64,000 nt of DNA from Trueperaceae bacterium (GTDB lineage: Bacteria > Deinococcota > Deinococci > Deinococcales > Trueperaceae). The position numbers were made by a program, and so were the translations under genes. The notes beneath the pieces were generated by a model. The model did no database searches and was not told the origin of the DNA. It worked only from the letters and a program-made list of their open reading frames with translations. Where the stretch lies: the NCBI GenBank assembly GCA_965214405.1, contig OZ243956.1, forward strand, positions 1,152,001 through 1,216,000. The letters are read 5' to 3'. Shown in pieces: positions 40,355 through 49,598 of this stretch. How positions within the stretch are numbered: position 1 is the first letter of the stretch; every line of letters starts with the position of its first letter.

Positions 40355-41905
40355 TCATACATTTTTCAAATATTCCTTTCCCTGAAGAGTTGTCCGATAT
40401 TTTTGAGTAGGAGACCGAGGGGCATTGGGCTCAGTCATTTCAAGCAGATTTGCCTCTAACAAGGGAATGAGACGGGAAACGCGAAAGCTATGCCGAGAGG
40501 AAAGGCCAAGATAATCCTGCATTTCCTGTCGGCTTCTGGGCTCCAAGCAGAACTCGAGCAACTGAAGATTGACGTCATCTAACATAGGCGGTAACTGAAT
40601 TCCGACTTGACCTGTTACTTGACCTACTTGACCTGTTACTTGTTGTACTTGCAAGACCGCTTCCGGATGGATCGGTAAAATCGTGACAAAATAGGTTCGT
40701 CCCTCATCAGTTTTGAATTGTGGTGCCGGTGAGCCATTTGAACGCATAGCACGGATAATTTTAGGAACACCGGTGCCTCTTCCTTCTGTAAGCCTAAGCT
40801 CCTTCAAGAACTCACCGATTCGCCTGTTGCGGTATCGCCTAGCGATAAACTCTCCCGACTCCAAATCTTCTATTGAGATTGACCGGTCAGGACCAGGGTA
40901 ACTCGTTATCGTCATATGATCCGGTAAAATACGAAGCTCGATAGGTTCGCGTTCCTCATAGCTTCTGTGGTAGATGGCGTTGACTAGTGCTTCCTCTACT
41001 GCCGCGTAAGGATAGTTAAAAAAGCGATCAGCTTCCGCGCGGTCTGGACGCTTACGAATGATTTCTTGAATGATGTTGTTTTGGAGAAATGACAGTGCAT
41101 CTTTAGCTTGTCGTCCAATAGGACCCGTAAATGATCTCTCGAGAATAACGTCGCCTCCCACACCATCGGGAAACCTAACAATATCTACTTTTGTCTCTGG
41201 AAAAAACCGCTCTGGATTTTCGTTGAAAAACATTAATCCGACGTTTCGTGGACGCAAGTATTCGCTGGGACCATCAACAATTCTCATACGCTTACAAAGT
41301 TCCGGTAACTTCATGCGAACAGAATCTTCGGAAAGCTCACTGCCAACCTCTCTCAAATGGGCTTGCATAAAGGAGAGCTTTAGATCGTTGATTTCCGCGC
41401 GCTGATTAATGCGGTCATCAAACGGAATTTTAGCAGACAGGTTTAACAGCTCTATTTCTTCGTCTGGCGAGGCTCTGACCGTAGATGATAATTTACGGAT
41501 GTAGTAACCATATTCTTTTTTGTTTTTAGAAAGAGAAACTGGTGCCTTGTAGGGGCGGTTTTCTCCCCCTAACGCCCATAACACCAAAACATGCTTCTCA
41601 TTAACGATGTACGGCTCCACAATTGGATGATAATGAGGAATAATTTTGTAGCCGAGGTTGAGAATATCCTTTTGCATCTTATCAATCTGACTGGAGCGTA
41701 CGCCCGCAGGAGGCAGAATAGGTTGACCATCTTTTTCTGCGACTCCTAAAAATAAGTAGCCGCCACCTAAGTTATGAAAGTCATTTGCGAAGGCGCAGAG
41801 GGTATGGAGAATATCCTGGGGATTCCATCCTGCTTTGAACTCGAGTCGCTCCCACTCGATAGAGCGCCCATTAAGCAAATCATTTATATTGATTGGAAGA
41901 GACAT
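40355..41905 (-). CDS. Schlafen/AlbA_2 domain + HATPase_c_4-like + C-terminal HTH protein; AT-rich insertion in iol operon
   Basis: EWERLEFKAGW, CAFAN..GGGY..LG, YP..AVEEALVNA..HR.Y, RRYRNRRIG, EGRGTG, P..PRSP.QKYR. Confidence 0.85.
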   Translation of the reverse strand: MSLPININDLLNGRSIEWERLEFKAGWNPQDILHTLCAFANDFHNLGGGYLFLGVAEKDGQPILPPAGVRSSQIDKMQKDILNLGYKIIPHYHPIVEPYIVNEKHVLVLWALGGENRPYKAPVSLSKNKKEYGYYIRKLSSTVRASPDEEIELLNLSAKIPFDDRINQRAEINDLKLSFMQAHLREVGSELSEDSVRMKLPELCKRMRIVDGPSEYLRPRNVGLMFFNENPERFFPETKVDIVRFPDGVGGDVILERSFTGPIGRQAKDALSFLQNNIIQEIIRKRPDRAEADRFFNYPYAAVEEALVNAIYHRSYEEREPIELRILPDHMTITSYPGPDRSISIEDLESGEFIARRYRNRRIGEFLKELRLTEGRGTGVPKIIRAMRSNGSPAPQFKTDEGRTYFVTILPIHPEAVLQVQQVTGQVGQVTGQVGIQLPPMLDDVNLQLLEFCLEPRSRQEMQDYLGLSSRHSFRVSRLIPLLEANLLEMTEPNAPRSPTQKYRTTLQGKEYLKNV

Positions 41906-41984
41906 AATAGACCTTAGATTAGCGCATGTGTGGATTGGGTATCATGATTTGCGCCTTAGAACAAAATGGCATACGGATTGTAGA

Positions 41985-43018
41985 TCACCTTCCAAACGCC
42001 TGCACCTTAACAACCTCGCCCCCCTCGAGCGACTCCTGCGCCGCCAGCGCTAAGCGGGAACTCTCGAGCGCGTCCGCCGCGGTGGGCGTGACAGGCAGAC
42101 CCGCGCGCACGCACGTTGCAAAGGCTATCACCTCGTTCGCGTAGGCCTCGGGAAACCGTTCGTCAAAGTGGCGCGGATAGTCGTGGCTTACCCCGTGTTC
42201 ACCCCAAAACTCTACGTTGAGTTGTTGCGTCTTCTCGAGGTGAAACTTCCCCTTTTCACCTATGATATCCGCGACGATTTCGTAGCCGTAGGCGGTGTTG
42301 AGCGCGTTCTCGAGCGTGCCTAAAGCCCCGTTGACAAACTTGAGCGTGGCAACCGCTAGGTTGTAAAACCCCATTTTTTTGAGCGCGTCGTTGCGTACCG
42401 TCGTGCCGGTCGCGTAAACCTCCTCAACCTCGCCGCAAAAGAAGCGGGCGCTGTCGAAGTCGTGGATGCCCAAGTCAACGAGCAGCCCGCCGGATGTTTG
42501 GAGGAACGCGAGGGAGGCTCGAACGGGTCGCGGGAGATGGCGCGGAAGTTTTCGATGCGCCCGAGTTCGCCCGCCCCTAAACGCGTCTTCACCGCGGCGT
42601 AAGCGGGGTCATAGCGGCGCTGAAAGCCCACCTGACAGGGCACCCCGGTTCGCGCCACCATGTCAACGACTTTTTGTGCGGCCTCGAGCGTGTGCGCCAG
42701 GGGCTTCTCGACGAAAATAGCCTTGCCCGCCTCGGCTGCTCTACAAATAACTTCGGCGTGTGTTGGTGTGGGTGTGGTGATGAATACGGCGTCAACCTCG
42801 GGGTTCGCCAGCACCCCGCCCAAGTCGTTCATGTTTGCGCCCAAAGTCGCGGCAACCTTGGCGGCGTTCTCCGGCACAAAATCCACCACCTCGGTAATAC
42901 GAACGTCGGAGAGGGTGCGGAGGACTCGAGCGTGCGCCTGTCCCATGCGTCCGGCCCCAACCATCGCAACCCTGAACGGCGGCGCAGACTGTTCCGCAGT
43001 AGAAATTTCCTGGTCCAC
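41985..43018 (-). CDS. Second Gfo/Idh/MocA inositol-type dehydrogenase split by a 1-nt frameshift at ~42513
   Basis: GAGRMG..FVEKP..GFQRRYDP..SRDPFEPP continues as LAFLQTSGGLLVDLGIHDFD if one C is added to CCC. Confidence 0.85.
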
Positions 43019-43034
43019 AAGACGCACGGTGCGT

Positions 43035-43889
43035 TTACGGTTGCTCTCTAAAAGTCGGGCTGTCTTGACGCTCCTTGGATGCTTTAGCAGACGCGCCGCC
43101 CTCGTCACTGTGGGTGAATTCGGCGAGTTCGGCCTCGAGCGCGTCCAACTCATCGGTGCCCGCCATCATGCCGAGCACCCCCTCACGCGTTACTTCGCTT
43201 TTGGCGAATGTCCCGTACGAGGTGCCGCGTTTGAGGATGGTGAAGCGGTCCGCCACCGGATAGGCGTGGTGGACGTTGTGGGTGATAAAAATGACGCCCA
43301 AGCCCTTCGCCTTGGCCTGCGCGATGTATTTGAGGACGACCCCGGCCTGTTTAACGCCCAGCGCGGCGGTGGGTTCGTCTAAGATGAGCACCTTGGCCCC
43401 GAAGTAGACGGCCCTCGAGATCGCTACGCACTGCCGCTCACCGCCCGACATCGTGCCCACCGCCTGCGCGGGGTCGCGGACGTCGATACCCATTTTTGCC
43501 ATTTCGGCCATTACCACTTTGTCCCCAAAGGCCCGGTCGAAAGACCTAAACGGCCCCCAGCCCGTCGTCGGCTCACGCCCCAAAAAGAAGTTGCGGGTCA
43601 CGCTCATGAGGGGTTGAATCGAGAGGTGCTGATGCACAGTGGCGATGCCCCGGTCTTGCGCGTCTCGAGGGGTGTTGAATATGACGGGCACGCCCCCCAT
43701 AAAAATCTCGCCGGAGGTGGGTTTATGGACGCCAGACAGGGTTTTGATGAGCGTCGATTTGCCCGCCCCGTTGTCACCCAGCAAGCACATGACCTCACCC
43801 GGCCCAACCGCCATCGACACGCCGTTAAGGGCAATCACCGAGCCAAAGGTCTTAACGACGTCGCGCAGTTCAATAAGCGGTGTGCCCAT
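43035..43889 (-). CDS. Sugar (inositol) ABC transporter ATP-binding protein
   Basis: [26 protein letters not shown]. Confidence 0.94.
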   Translation of the reverse strand: MGTPLIELRDVVKTFGSVIALNGVSMAVGPGEVMCLLGDNGAGKSTLIKTLSGVHKPTSGEIFMGGVPVIFNTPRDAQDRGIATVHQHLSIQPLMSVTRNFFLGREPTTGWGPFRSFDRAFGDKVVMAEMAKMGIDVRDPAQAVGTMSGGERQCVAISRAVYFGAKVLILDEPTAALGVKQAGVVLKYIAQAKAKGLGVIFITHNVHHAYPVADRFTILKRGTSYGTFAKSEVTREGVLGMMAGTDELDALEAELAEFTHSDEGGASAKASKERQDSPTFREQP

Positions 43890-44917
43890 TACTTCGCCTC
43901 AGTCGCGCGTCTGCGGATGTAGTTGTTGAAGATGACCGCGATGAGGAGCATCGCGCCCAAAAACACGTTGAACCAGTCCGTGTTGACCCCCGTAAAAAAG
44001 ATGCCCTGCTGGACCATCCCAAAAATAAGCGCGCCGAACACGGCCCCGACAACCGAGCCGTAGCCCCCGGTGAGCAAGCAGCCGCCAATCACCGCCGCGA
44101 TAATCGCCTCAAACTCCTTTTGTAAGCCGCGGTTTACGTCCGCGGAGCCCAAATCGACCACCTGCAACGCGGCAAAAATCGTCGCCGCCACTGCCGTACA
44201 CATAAACAAGATAATGCGAACCGACCGGACCGGCACGCCCATGTTGCGGGCGGCCTCGGCGTCGCCGCCCACGCCAAAAATCCAGTTGCCGAAGCGGGTG
44301 CGCTGGAGCACCCACGAGGCGAGCACCGCCAGCCCGAGCCACCAAAATATCGACACGGGCAACCCCAGCAGGTCACCCCGAAAAAGAGCGGCGAGCGGGT
44401 CGCCCGCCGCTGCCGCCTTGAGCCCCGACACCTGCGTGCGGCCCGTAACGAGCCGGGTCACGCCGATGGTCACGCCGCGCAGCATAAACAAAAAAGCCAG
44501 CGTCACGATAAAGGAGGGCAAGCGGGTGCGGTTGACGATGGTGCCGTTGAGATAGCCCACGAGGAGCGCGAACGCGAACGAGAGGAGAATCGCCAACCAG
44601 AAGGGCCAGCCGAGCACGGCCACGGGTATCGCCATGACCATGCCCGCCGCGGCGATCATCGAGCCGATGGACAGGTCGAACTCCCCGCCGATCATCAGCA
44701 GCGCCGCGCCAATTGCAAGGATGCCGAGTTGCGCCGACACCTCCAACCAACTCGCCACCCCGCGAAAGGTCAAGAAGCCGCTGTCGCCCGCGACCACGGC
44801 GAAAAAAGCAAAGACGAGCACCGCCCCCGACACCGCGCCGAGTTCGGGCCGACCCAGCAGCCTACGCAAGGGACCGACCTTGCGAACGCGCTCGTCACCT
44901 CGAGCTTTCGTCGTCAC
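43889..44917 (-). CDS. Sugar (inositol) ABC transporter permease
   Basis: [32 protein letters not shown]. Confidence 0.94.
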   Translation of the reverse strand: MTTKARGDERVRKVGPLRRLLGRPELGAVSGAVLVFAFFAVVAGDSGFLTFRGVASWLEVSAQLGILAIGAALLMIGGEFDLSIGSMIAAAGMVMAIPVAVLGWPFWLAILLSFAFALLVGYLNGTIVNRTRLPSFIVTLAFLFMLRGVTIGVTRLVTGRTQVSGLKAAAAGDPLAALFRGDLLGLPVSIFWWLGLAVLASWVLQRTRFGNWIFGVGGDAEAARNMGVPVRSVRIILFMCTAVAATIFAALQVVDLGSADVNRGLQKEFEAIIAAVIGGCLLTGGYGSVVGAVFGALIFGMVQQGIFFTGVNTDWFNVFLGAMLLIAVIFNNYIRRRATEAK

Positions 44918-44999
44918 CTTTGACCTCGTTAAAGTTCCCGCATGGGTGATAAAAAGTTTTTAACATCCTGATTTAGCCATTAATTGACTGCCAAAGGAG

Positions 45000-45030
45000 A
45001 AGGAACGCGCGTCTAATCACCGCGTTCCTT
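45000..45030 (-). terminator. Stem-loop after the solute-binding gene (attenuator or mRNA stabiliser)
   Basis: AAGGAACGCG-11 nt-CGCGTTCCTT inverted repeat. Confidence 0.6.
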
Positions 45031-45043
45031 TGGCCCTCGGGTC

Positions 45044-45991
45044 CTAGCGAATCCCCTGCGCGCTAAGCGCAACCACTTGTGCGGCGTTGTCCGGCGTCAC
45101 AAAACCGGGACCCGTCAAGATGACCTCAGAGCCGGGCAGGAGCCCGTACTGGATGTAGAGCGTGAGGAGGTTGACGGGCAAGTAGCCTTGCAAATACTGC
45201 TGCTGGTCGATGGCGAACATGGCGTTGCCCGCGGCTAAAGTCTCTAAAATCCTGGGCGAGAGGTCAAAAAACCCGAGCTGAATCGTGCCGAGCTGACCGC
45301 CTTCGTCTAACGCGTCGATGGTGGGCTCACCGCCCACAGGCCCGACCGCGAGCACGCCGCCGATGTCGGGGTTCTGCGTGAGCGCGGCGGCGACGGCGTT
45401 GCGGATTTCGGTGGGGTCGGTCGAGACCGCGAGCACGTTGACCTCGGCCCCTTCGCCTAACCCGTCTTGAAAGCCCTGGCAGCGCAAGTCGAGCGCCACG
45501 TTGCCGACCTCGTGGTTCACGCAAAGTGCGCTCGTCACACCTTCTTCGGCCATACGCTGACCCGCGCCCTGCCCCGCCTCATATTCCGTTTGGCCCACGT
45601 GGCGGAGCACGCCCAAGTCTTGAAAGGTGTCGCTGCCCGAGTTCATCGAGAACACCGGGATGCCCGCCTCGACCGCGGCCTGGATGGAGTCGCCCAAGCC
45701 CTCGGCGTCGGGAATCGACACCACGAGCCCGTCGGGTTGCGAGGCGACGGCGGCGTCGATGAGTTGCGCCATCCGGGGGATGTCATAAGTTTCGGGCGCG
45801 CGGTACTCGACGGTGACGCCGGTGTCGGCGGCGGCCTGGTCAACGCCGTTTTTGACGACCGACCAGAACGGGTCGGACGCCGCCCCGTGCGACACGACGA
45901 CGATGCGAATGTCCGAGCGCGCGGGCGCGTCTTGGGCACTCGAGAATCCCAAAAGGGTGAAAGCGAAGAGTAGAACAAGCAATTTTTTCAT
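45044..45991 (-). CDS. Sugar (inositol) ABC transporter substrate-binding protein
   Basis: Signal peptide [42 protein letters not shown]. Confidence 0.93.
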   Translation of the reverse strand: MKKLLVLLFAFTLLGFSSAQDAPARSDIRIVVVSHGAASDPFWSVVKNGVDQAAADTGVTVEYRAPETYDIPRMAQLIDAAVASQPDGLVVSIPDAEGLGDSIQAAVEAGIPVFSMNSGSDTFQDLGVLRHVGQTEYEAGQGAGQRMAEEGVTSALCVNHEVGNVALDLRCQGFQDGLGEGAEVNVLAVSTDPTEIRNAVAAALTQNPDIGGVLAVGPVGGEPTIDALDEGGQLGTIQLGFFDLSPRILETLAAGNAMFAIDQQQYLQGYLPVNLLTLYIQYGLLPGSEVILTGPGFVTPDNAAQVVALSAQGIR

Positions 45992-46175
45992 AAAGAACTC
46001 CCGGTACTGTAGAAAGAAGTGTTTAGAGGAAAACCGCAAAACGCTCGAGCCCATGAACAGCCACGGTTACAGGCGTTTTCACGCAACGGCTCGAGCCGAC
46101 GACGCGGTTCTGAAACGACGCTAAAAGAGTGACACCTCCTTCGCTAGGAGCAAGTTATGAATACTCGTGCTCTCA

Positions 46176-46250
46176 AATCTAGCAGGTTTTCTTTTGTTTT
46201 GTCAATAACCGAAACAAGATGATTTACAAGCGAAAGTTCTGTGCTACAGT
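46176..46250. promoter_or_regulatory. Divergent iol promoters
   Basis: Minus strand TTGACA-18-TAGATT (46205-46176); plus strand TTTACA...TG-C-TACAGT (46223-46250). Confidence 0.55.
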
Positions 46251-46302
46251 AACAGCTTGCGAGTAGGGGAAATATGAGAAAAAGTCCGGAGGAGACACAA
46301 GC

Positions 46303-47106
46303 TTGACCGCTTTGCCACAACACCTTCTAAACGCGCGGCAGCAAGATATTTTGGAGCGTTTAGAGAAGCAGGGGCGCGTGAGCGTGTCCGAACTGGCGGA
46401 CGGGTTGGGTGTGTCGGACGTGACGATTCGGAAAGATTTGCAGGAGCTCGAGGGCCATAGCCTGCTGAAGCGCGTCCACGGCGGCGCGGTGGCGGCGCGC
46501 CGCTCCAAATACAATCTTTCGCTTGCGTATAAAGCAGGCAAGCTGAGTTTTGGCAAGCAGAACATCGCTGAGGCGGCGTTGGGGCTCGTCCATGACGGCG
46601 ACACGCTCATTCTCGACGCGGGCAGCACCACGTTGGCGCTGGCGCGGCTCTTGCCGCAGCACAAAAAGCGGCTCACCGTCGTGACCAACTCGCTGCCCGT
46701 CGTCACTGAATTGGTGGATGTACCCGACTTCGACCTGATTATTTTAGGAGGCCCCATAAGGAAACACAGTCTGGCGGTGGCTGGGCCGTTGAGCCTCGAG
46801 AATCTCAGGAGGCTCCAGGCCGACACCGTCTTCTTGGGTGCCGACGGCGCGTCGGTCGAGCGGGGCTTGTCAACCCCCGATCTTGGCGTGGCAGAAACCA
46901 AGACCGCGATGATTCGCGCCGCCACCCTGCGCGTCGCGCTCGTGGACCACAGCAAAATAGGTCAGGGCAGCCTCGCGCCCTTTGCCGCCTGGCAAGATAT
47001 CAGCACGCTCGTCACCGACGCGCCGCTGCCGGGTCCCTTTGCGGCCTTTTTGCGCGCTAAAGGCGTCGAGGTTGTGGTGGCGCAGCAGTTGGTTGAGACG
47101 GAGTAG
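46303..47106 (+). CDS. DeoR/GlpR family regulator (probable iol repressor)
   Basis: VSVSELA..LGVS.VTIRKDL..LE, RVHGGA, LDAGSTT, VTNSL, DHSKIG; GGAGGAG RBS. Confidence 0.92.
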   Translation: MTALPQHLLNARQQDILERLEKQGRVSVSELADGLGVSDVTIRKDLQELEGHSLLKRVHGGAVAARRSKYNLSLAYKAGKLSFGKQNIAEAALGLVHDGDTLILDAGSTTLALARLLPQHKKRLTVVTNSLPVVTELVDVPDFDLIILGGPIRKHSLAVAGPLSLENLRRLQADTVFLGADGASVERGLSTPDLGVAETKTAMIRAATLRVALVDHSKIGQGSLAPFAAWQDISTLVTDAPLPGPFAAFLRAKGVEVVVAQQLVETE

Positions 47107-47156
47107 GTCTTGACAGGCCCGCGTCCGTAACGCTTTGCATCTTTAGAGGAGAGAGC

Positions 47157-47981
47157 ATGGATCATCACCTAAAACCGAAGAGCGGCACGCTCAAGTATGA
47201 GATAAGCCCATCCGAGGTCGGCTGGACCTATTTGGGATACCGGGTCGTCACCCTAAACGCCGGGGAGAGCTACCAATTCACCACCAACGACGATGAAGCG
47301 GCGCTCGTGCCTCTTTCGGGCGCGGCACGTTTGGAGGTTGGTGGGGAGCGTTACGAGGTCGCGCGTAAGGATGTATTCAGCGAAAAGCCCCACGTCCTTT
47401 ACGCGCCGCCCGGTAACGAGATAAACGTCGTTGCTCAGTCTACCTTTGAGTTCGCCGTCGGCACCGCGCCCGCCGAGGGCCGCTATCCGGTGAGGCTTTT
47501 TGAGCCTGAGGAGATGAAAGTTGAGGTGCGCGGCGGCGGCCCCGCGCTGCGCGAGGTGCATCACGTGCTGTCTCACCCGTTGCCCGCCGAACGTCTCATC
47601 CTGTTCGAGGTCTACGTTCCCGGCGGCCAATGGTCGGGCTGGCCGCCGCACCGTCACGATGAGGTGCTTCAAAGTCCGTATCTCGAGGAAACCTACCACT
47701 TCCGGTTCGACAAACCCCAAAGCTTCGGCCTCCACCGCAACTACAGCCTCGAAACCAGCTTTAACGAGGTGTTCGCGGTCCATCACGACGACCTTGTGCT
47801 GGTCACGCAGGGCTATCACCCGGTCGCGGCGGCGCCGGGCAGCACCATGTACTTTTTGAACTACTTGGCGGGAGCGCCCTACGACGACGCGCGCGCCGCG
47901 CCGCCCGTAGACGACCCAAAGCACGCCTGGATCAAAGACAACTGGGACGCTTGCAAGGTGGACCTGCCCATCATGGAGTAG
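47157..47981 (+). CDS. iolB: 5-deoxy-glucuronate isomerase
   Basis: GWTYLG, AERL...EV..PGG.WS.WPPHRHD, LEETY, GYHPVAAAPG..MYFLN. Confidence 0.92.
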   Translation: MDHHLKPKSGTLKYEISPSEVGWTYLGYRVVTLNAGESYQFTTNDDEAALVPLSGAARLEVGGERYEVARKDVFSEKPHVLYAPPGNEINVVAQSTFEFAVGTAPAEGRYPVRLFEPEEMKVEVRGGGPALREVHHVLSHPLPAERLILFEVYVPGGQWSGWPPHRHDEVLQSPYLEETYHFRFDKPQSFGLHRNYSLETSFNEVFAVHHDDLVLVTQGYHPVAAAPGSTMYFLNYLAGAPYDDARAAPPVDDPKHAWIKDNWDACKVDLPIME

Positions 47982-48095
47982 CTTTCGTTTTGCATAACGG
48001 TGTGTCTGGGCTCGAGCCACCCAAACCTTTGGCGACCACGCCCCAATCCACATCTGCTTCTGCTATAGTGGGATAAACCAAACCAAGGAGGTTTT

Positions 48096-49094
48096 ATGCG
48101 CTCACTACGCACGTTTCTCTTCGCACTCTCTCTCGCCTCGTTCACGCTCCTCACGGGAGCCGCGGCGCAAACGAATATTTCCGTCGCCACGGGCGGCACC
48201 GGCGGGGTCTATTACCCCTACGGCGGCGGCTTGGCAGAACTCATCAACCGGTACATCGAGGGCTACAGCGCCGTCGCCGAGGTGACGGGGGCGTCGGTCG
48301 AAAACGCGGGGCTCATCGCGCAGGGCCAGTCCGACATCGCGCTGGCCTTGGCCGACACCGTCTACCAGGCCTACACCGGCACGGGCGAGTTTGAGGAGAT
48401 GGGCTCGGGCGTCAAGGAGGCGCTGGCGGAAATCCGCGCGCTGGGCTCAATTTACCCCAACGCGCTGCAAATCGTCGCGCTGGCGGACTCGGGCATCACC
48501 TCGATGGAGGACTTGCGGGGCAAACGCGTTTCGGTCGGCGCGCCGGGGAGCGGCACCGAACTCACCGCGCAGGCGGTGCTGGGCGCATTGGGCATCACTT
48601 ATGATGATATCGACGAGCAGCGCCTCAACTTCAACGAGACCGCCGACGCGCTCCGCGACGGGCGTATTGACGCTGGCATCTGGAGCGTGGGACCGCCCAC
48701 GAGTTCGATTTTGGACCTGGCGACGAGCCGCGATTTGGTGTTCATCCCCTTGAGCCAAGAGGAGTTGGAGGCCGCCCAAGCCGCCGACCCCGTCTACGCG
48801 CCCTACACGTTGCGCGCTGAGACCTACCCCGGCCAAGCCGAGGACGTCCTCACCATCAGCACCCCCAACGTGCTCATCGTCAACGCCTCGATGGACGAGG
48901 AACTGGCCTACCAGATCGTCAAAAATATGTTTGAACATGTGGACGAACTCATCGCCATTCACCCCGCGGCGAACGACACCACGGTCGAATTCAGCATGGG
49001 GGCCACGCCCATCCCACTGCATCCGGGCGCGCTACGCTACTACCAAGAAATCGGCGCGGACGTCCCCGAGCGTCTCACGTCAGCGGGCCAGTAG
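48096..49094 (+). CDS. TAXI family TRAP solute-binding subunit
   Basis: ATGGTGGVYYPYGG, TGASVEN, DLRGKRVSVGAPGSGT, IPLHPGA; signal peptide; AGGAGG RBS. Confidence 0.94.
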   Translation: MRSLRTFLFALSLASFTLLTGAAAQTNISVATGGTGGVYYPYGGGLAELINRYIEGYSAVAEVTGASVENAGLIAQGQSDIALALADTVYQAYTGTGEFEEMGSGVKEALAEIRALGSIYPNALQIVALADSGITSMEDLRGKRVSVGAPGSGTELTAQAVLGALGITYDDIDEQRLNFNETADALRDGRIDAGIWSVGPPTSSILDLATSRDLVFIPLSQEELEAAQAADPVYAPYTLRAETYPGQAEDVLTISTPNVLIVNASMDEELAYQIVKNMFEHVDELIAIHPAANDTTVEFSMGATPIPLHPGALRYYQEIGADVPERLTSAGQ

Positions 49095-49103
49095 AAAGCA
49101 AGT

Positions 49104-49595
49104 TTGAATCGTCTCACCACGAGGAGCGGGCGTTGCCTGCTCCTCCCCCTCTTTCTAATAACGCTCTCTTTAACATCTTTGGGGACGGCGAACTCCTATC
49201 TCACCGTGACGAACGAGACCGGGGAGGTGCTGCTCGAGCTTGACCTCACCCAAACCCCCACCTGGTCGGTTCGCTGGAACCATTCGGTGACGGGAATTTT
49301 GGTCGAGGATTATTACGCGCTCCAGAACGGCCATATGGTCCTGACGCAAAGCCACACCCCCGACTTCGCGGCGGGGCTAGGCTATATCCGGGGGCGGGGG
49401 CGGCTCGAGTCCGACGCCTCGCATGGCTACTGGATACGCGATATCAATGAGCCCGTCCCCGGCGACCGTTATGCGCTGCGGGTGGGGTCGCTTGCGGTAA
49501 ATCACCGTATCGTGCAAGGAGATTACATTGACTCGCTAAGCGAGCGGGCTGCGGGTGAGCGGGTGTGGCTCGAGCTTCGGCAGAGGGAGCCGTAA
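49104..49595 (+). CDS. DUF1850-like TAXI-associated protein
   Basis: W.HSV....EDYY, DFAAGLG; located between TAXI SBP and permease. Confidence 0.75.
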   Translation: MNRLTTRSGRCLLLPLFLITLSLTSLGTANSYLTVTNETGEVLLELDLTQTPTWSVRWNHSVTGILVEDYYALQNGHMVLTQSHTPDFAAGLGYIRGRGRLESDASHGYWIRDINEPVPGDRYALRVGSLAVNHRIVQGDYIDSLSERAAGERVWLELRQREP

Positions 49596-49598
49596 CGA

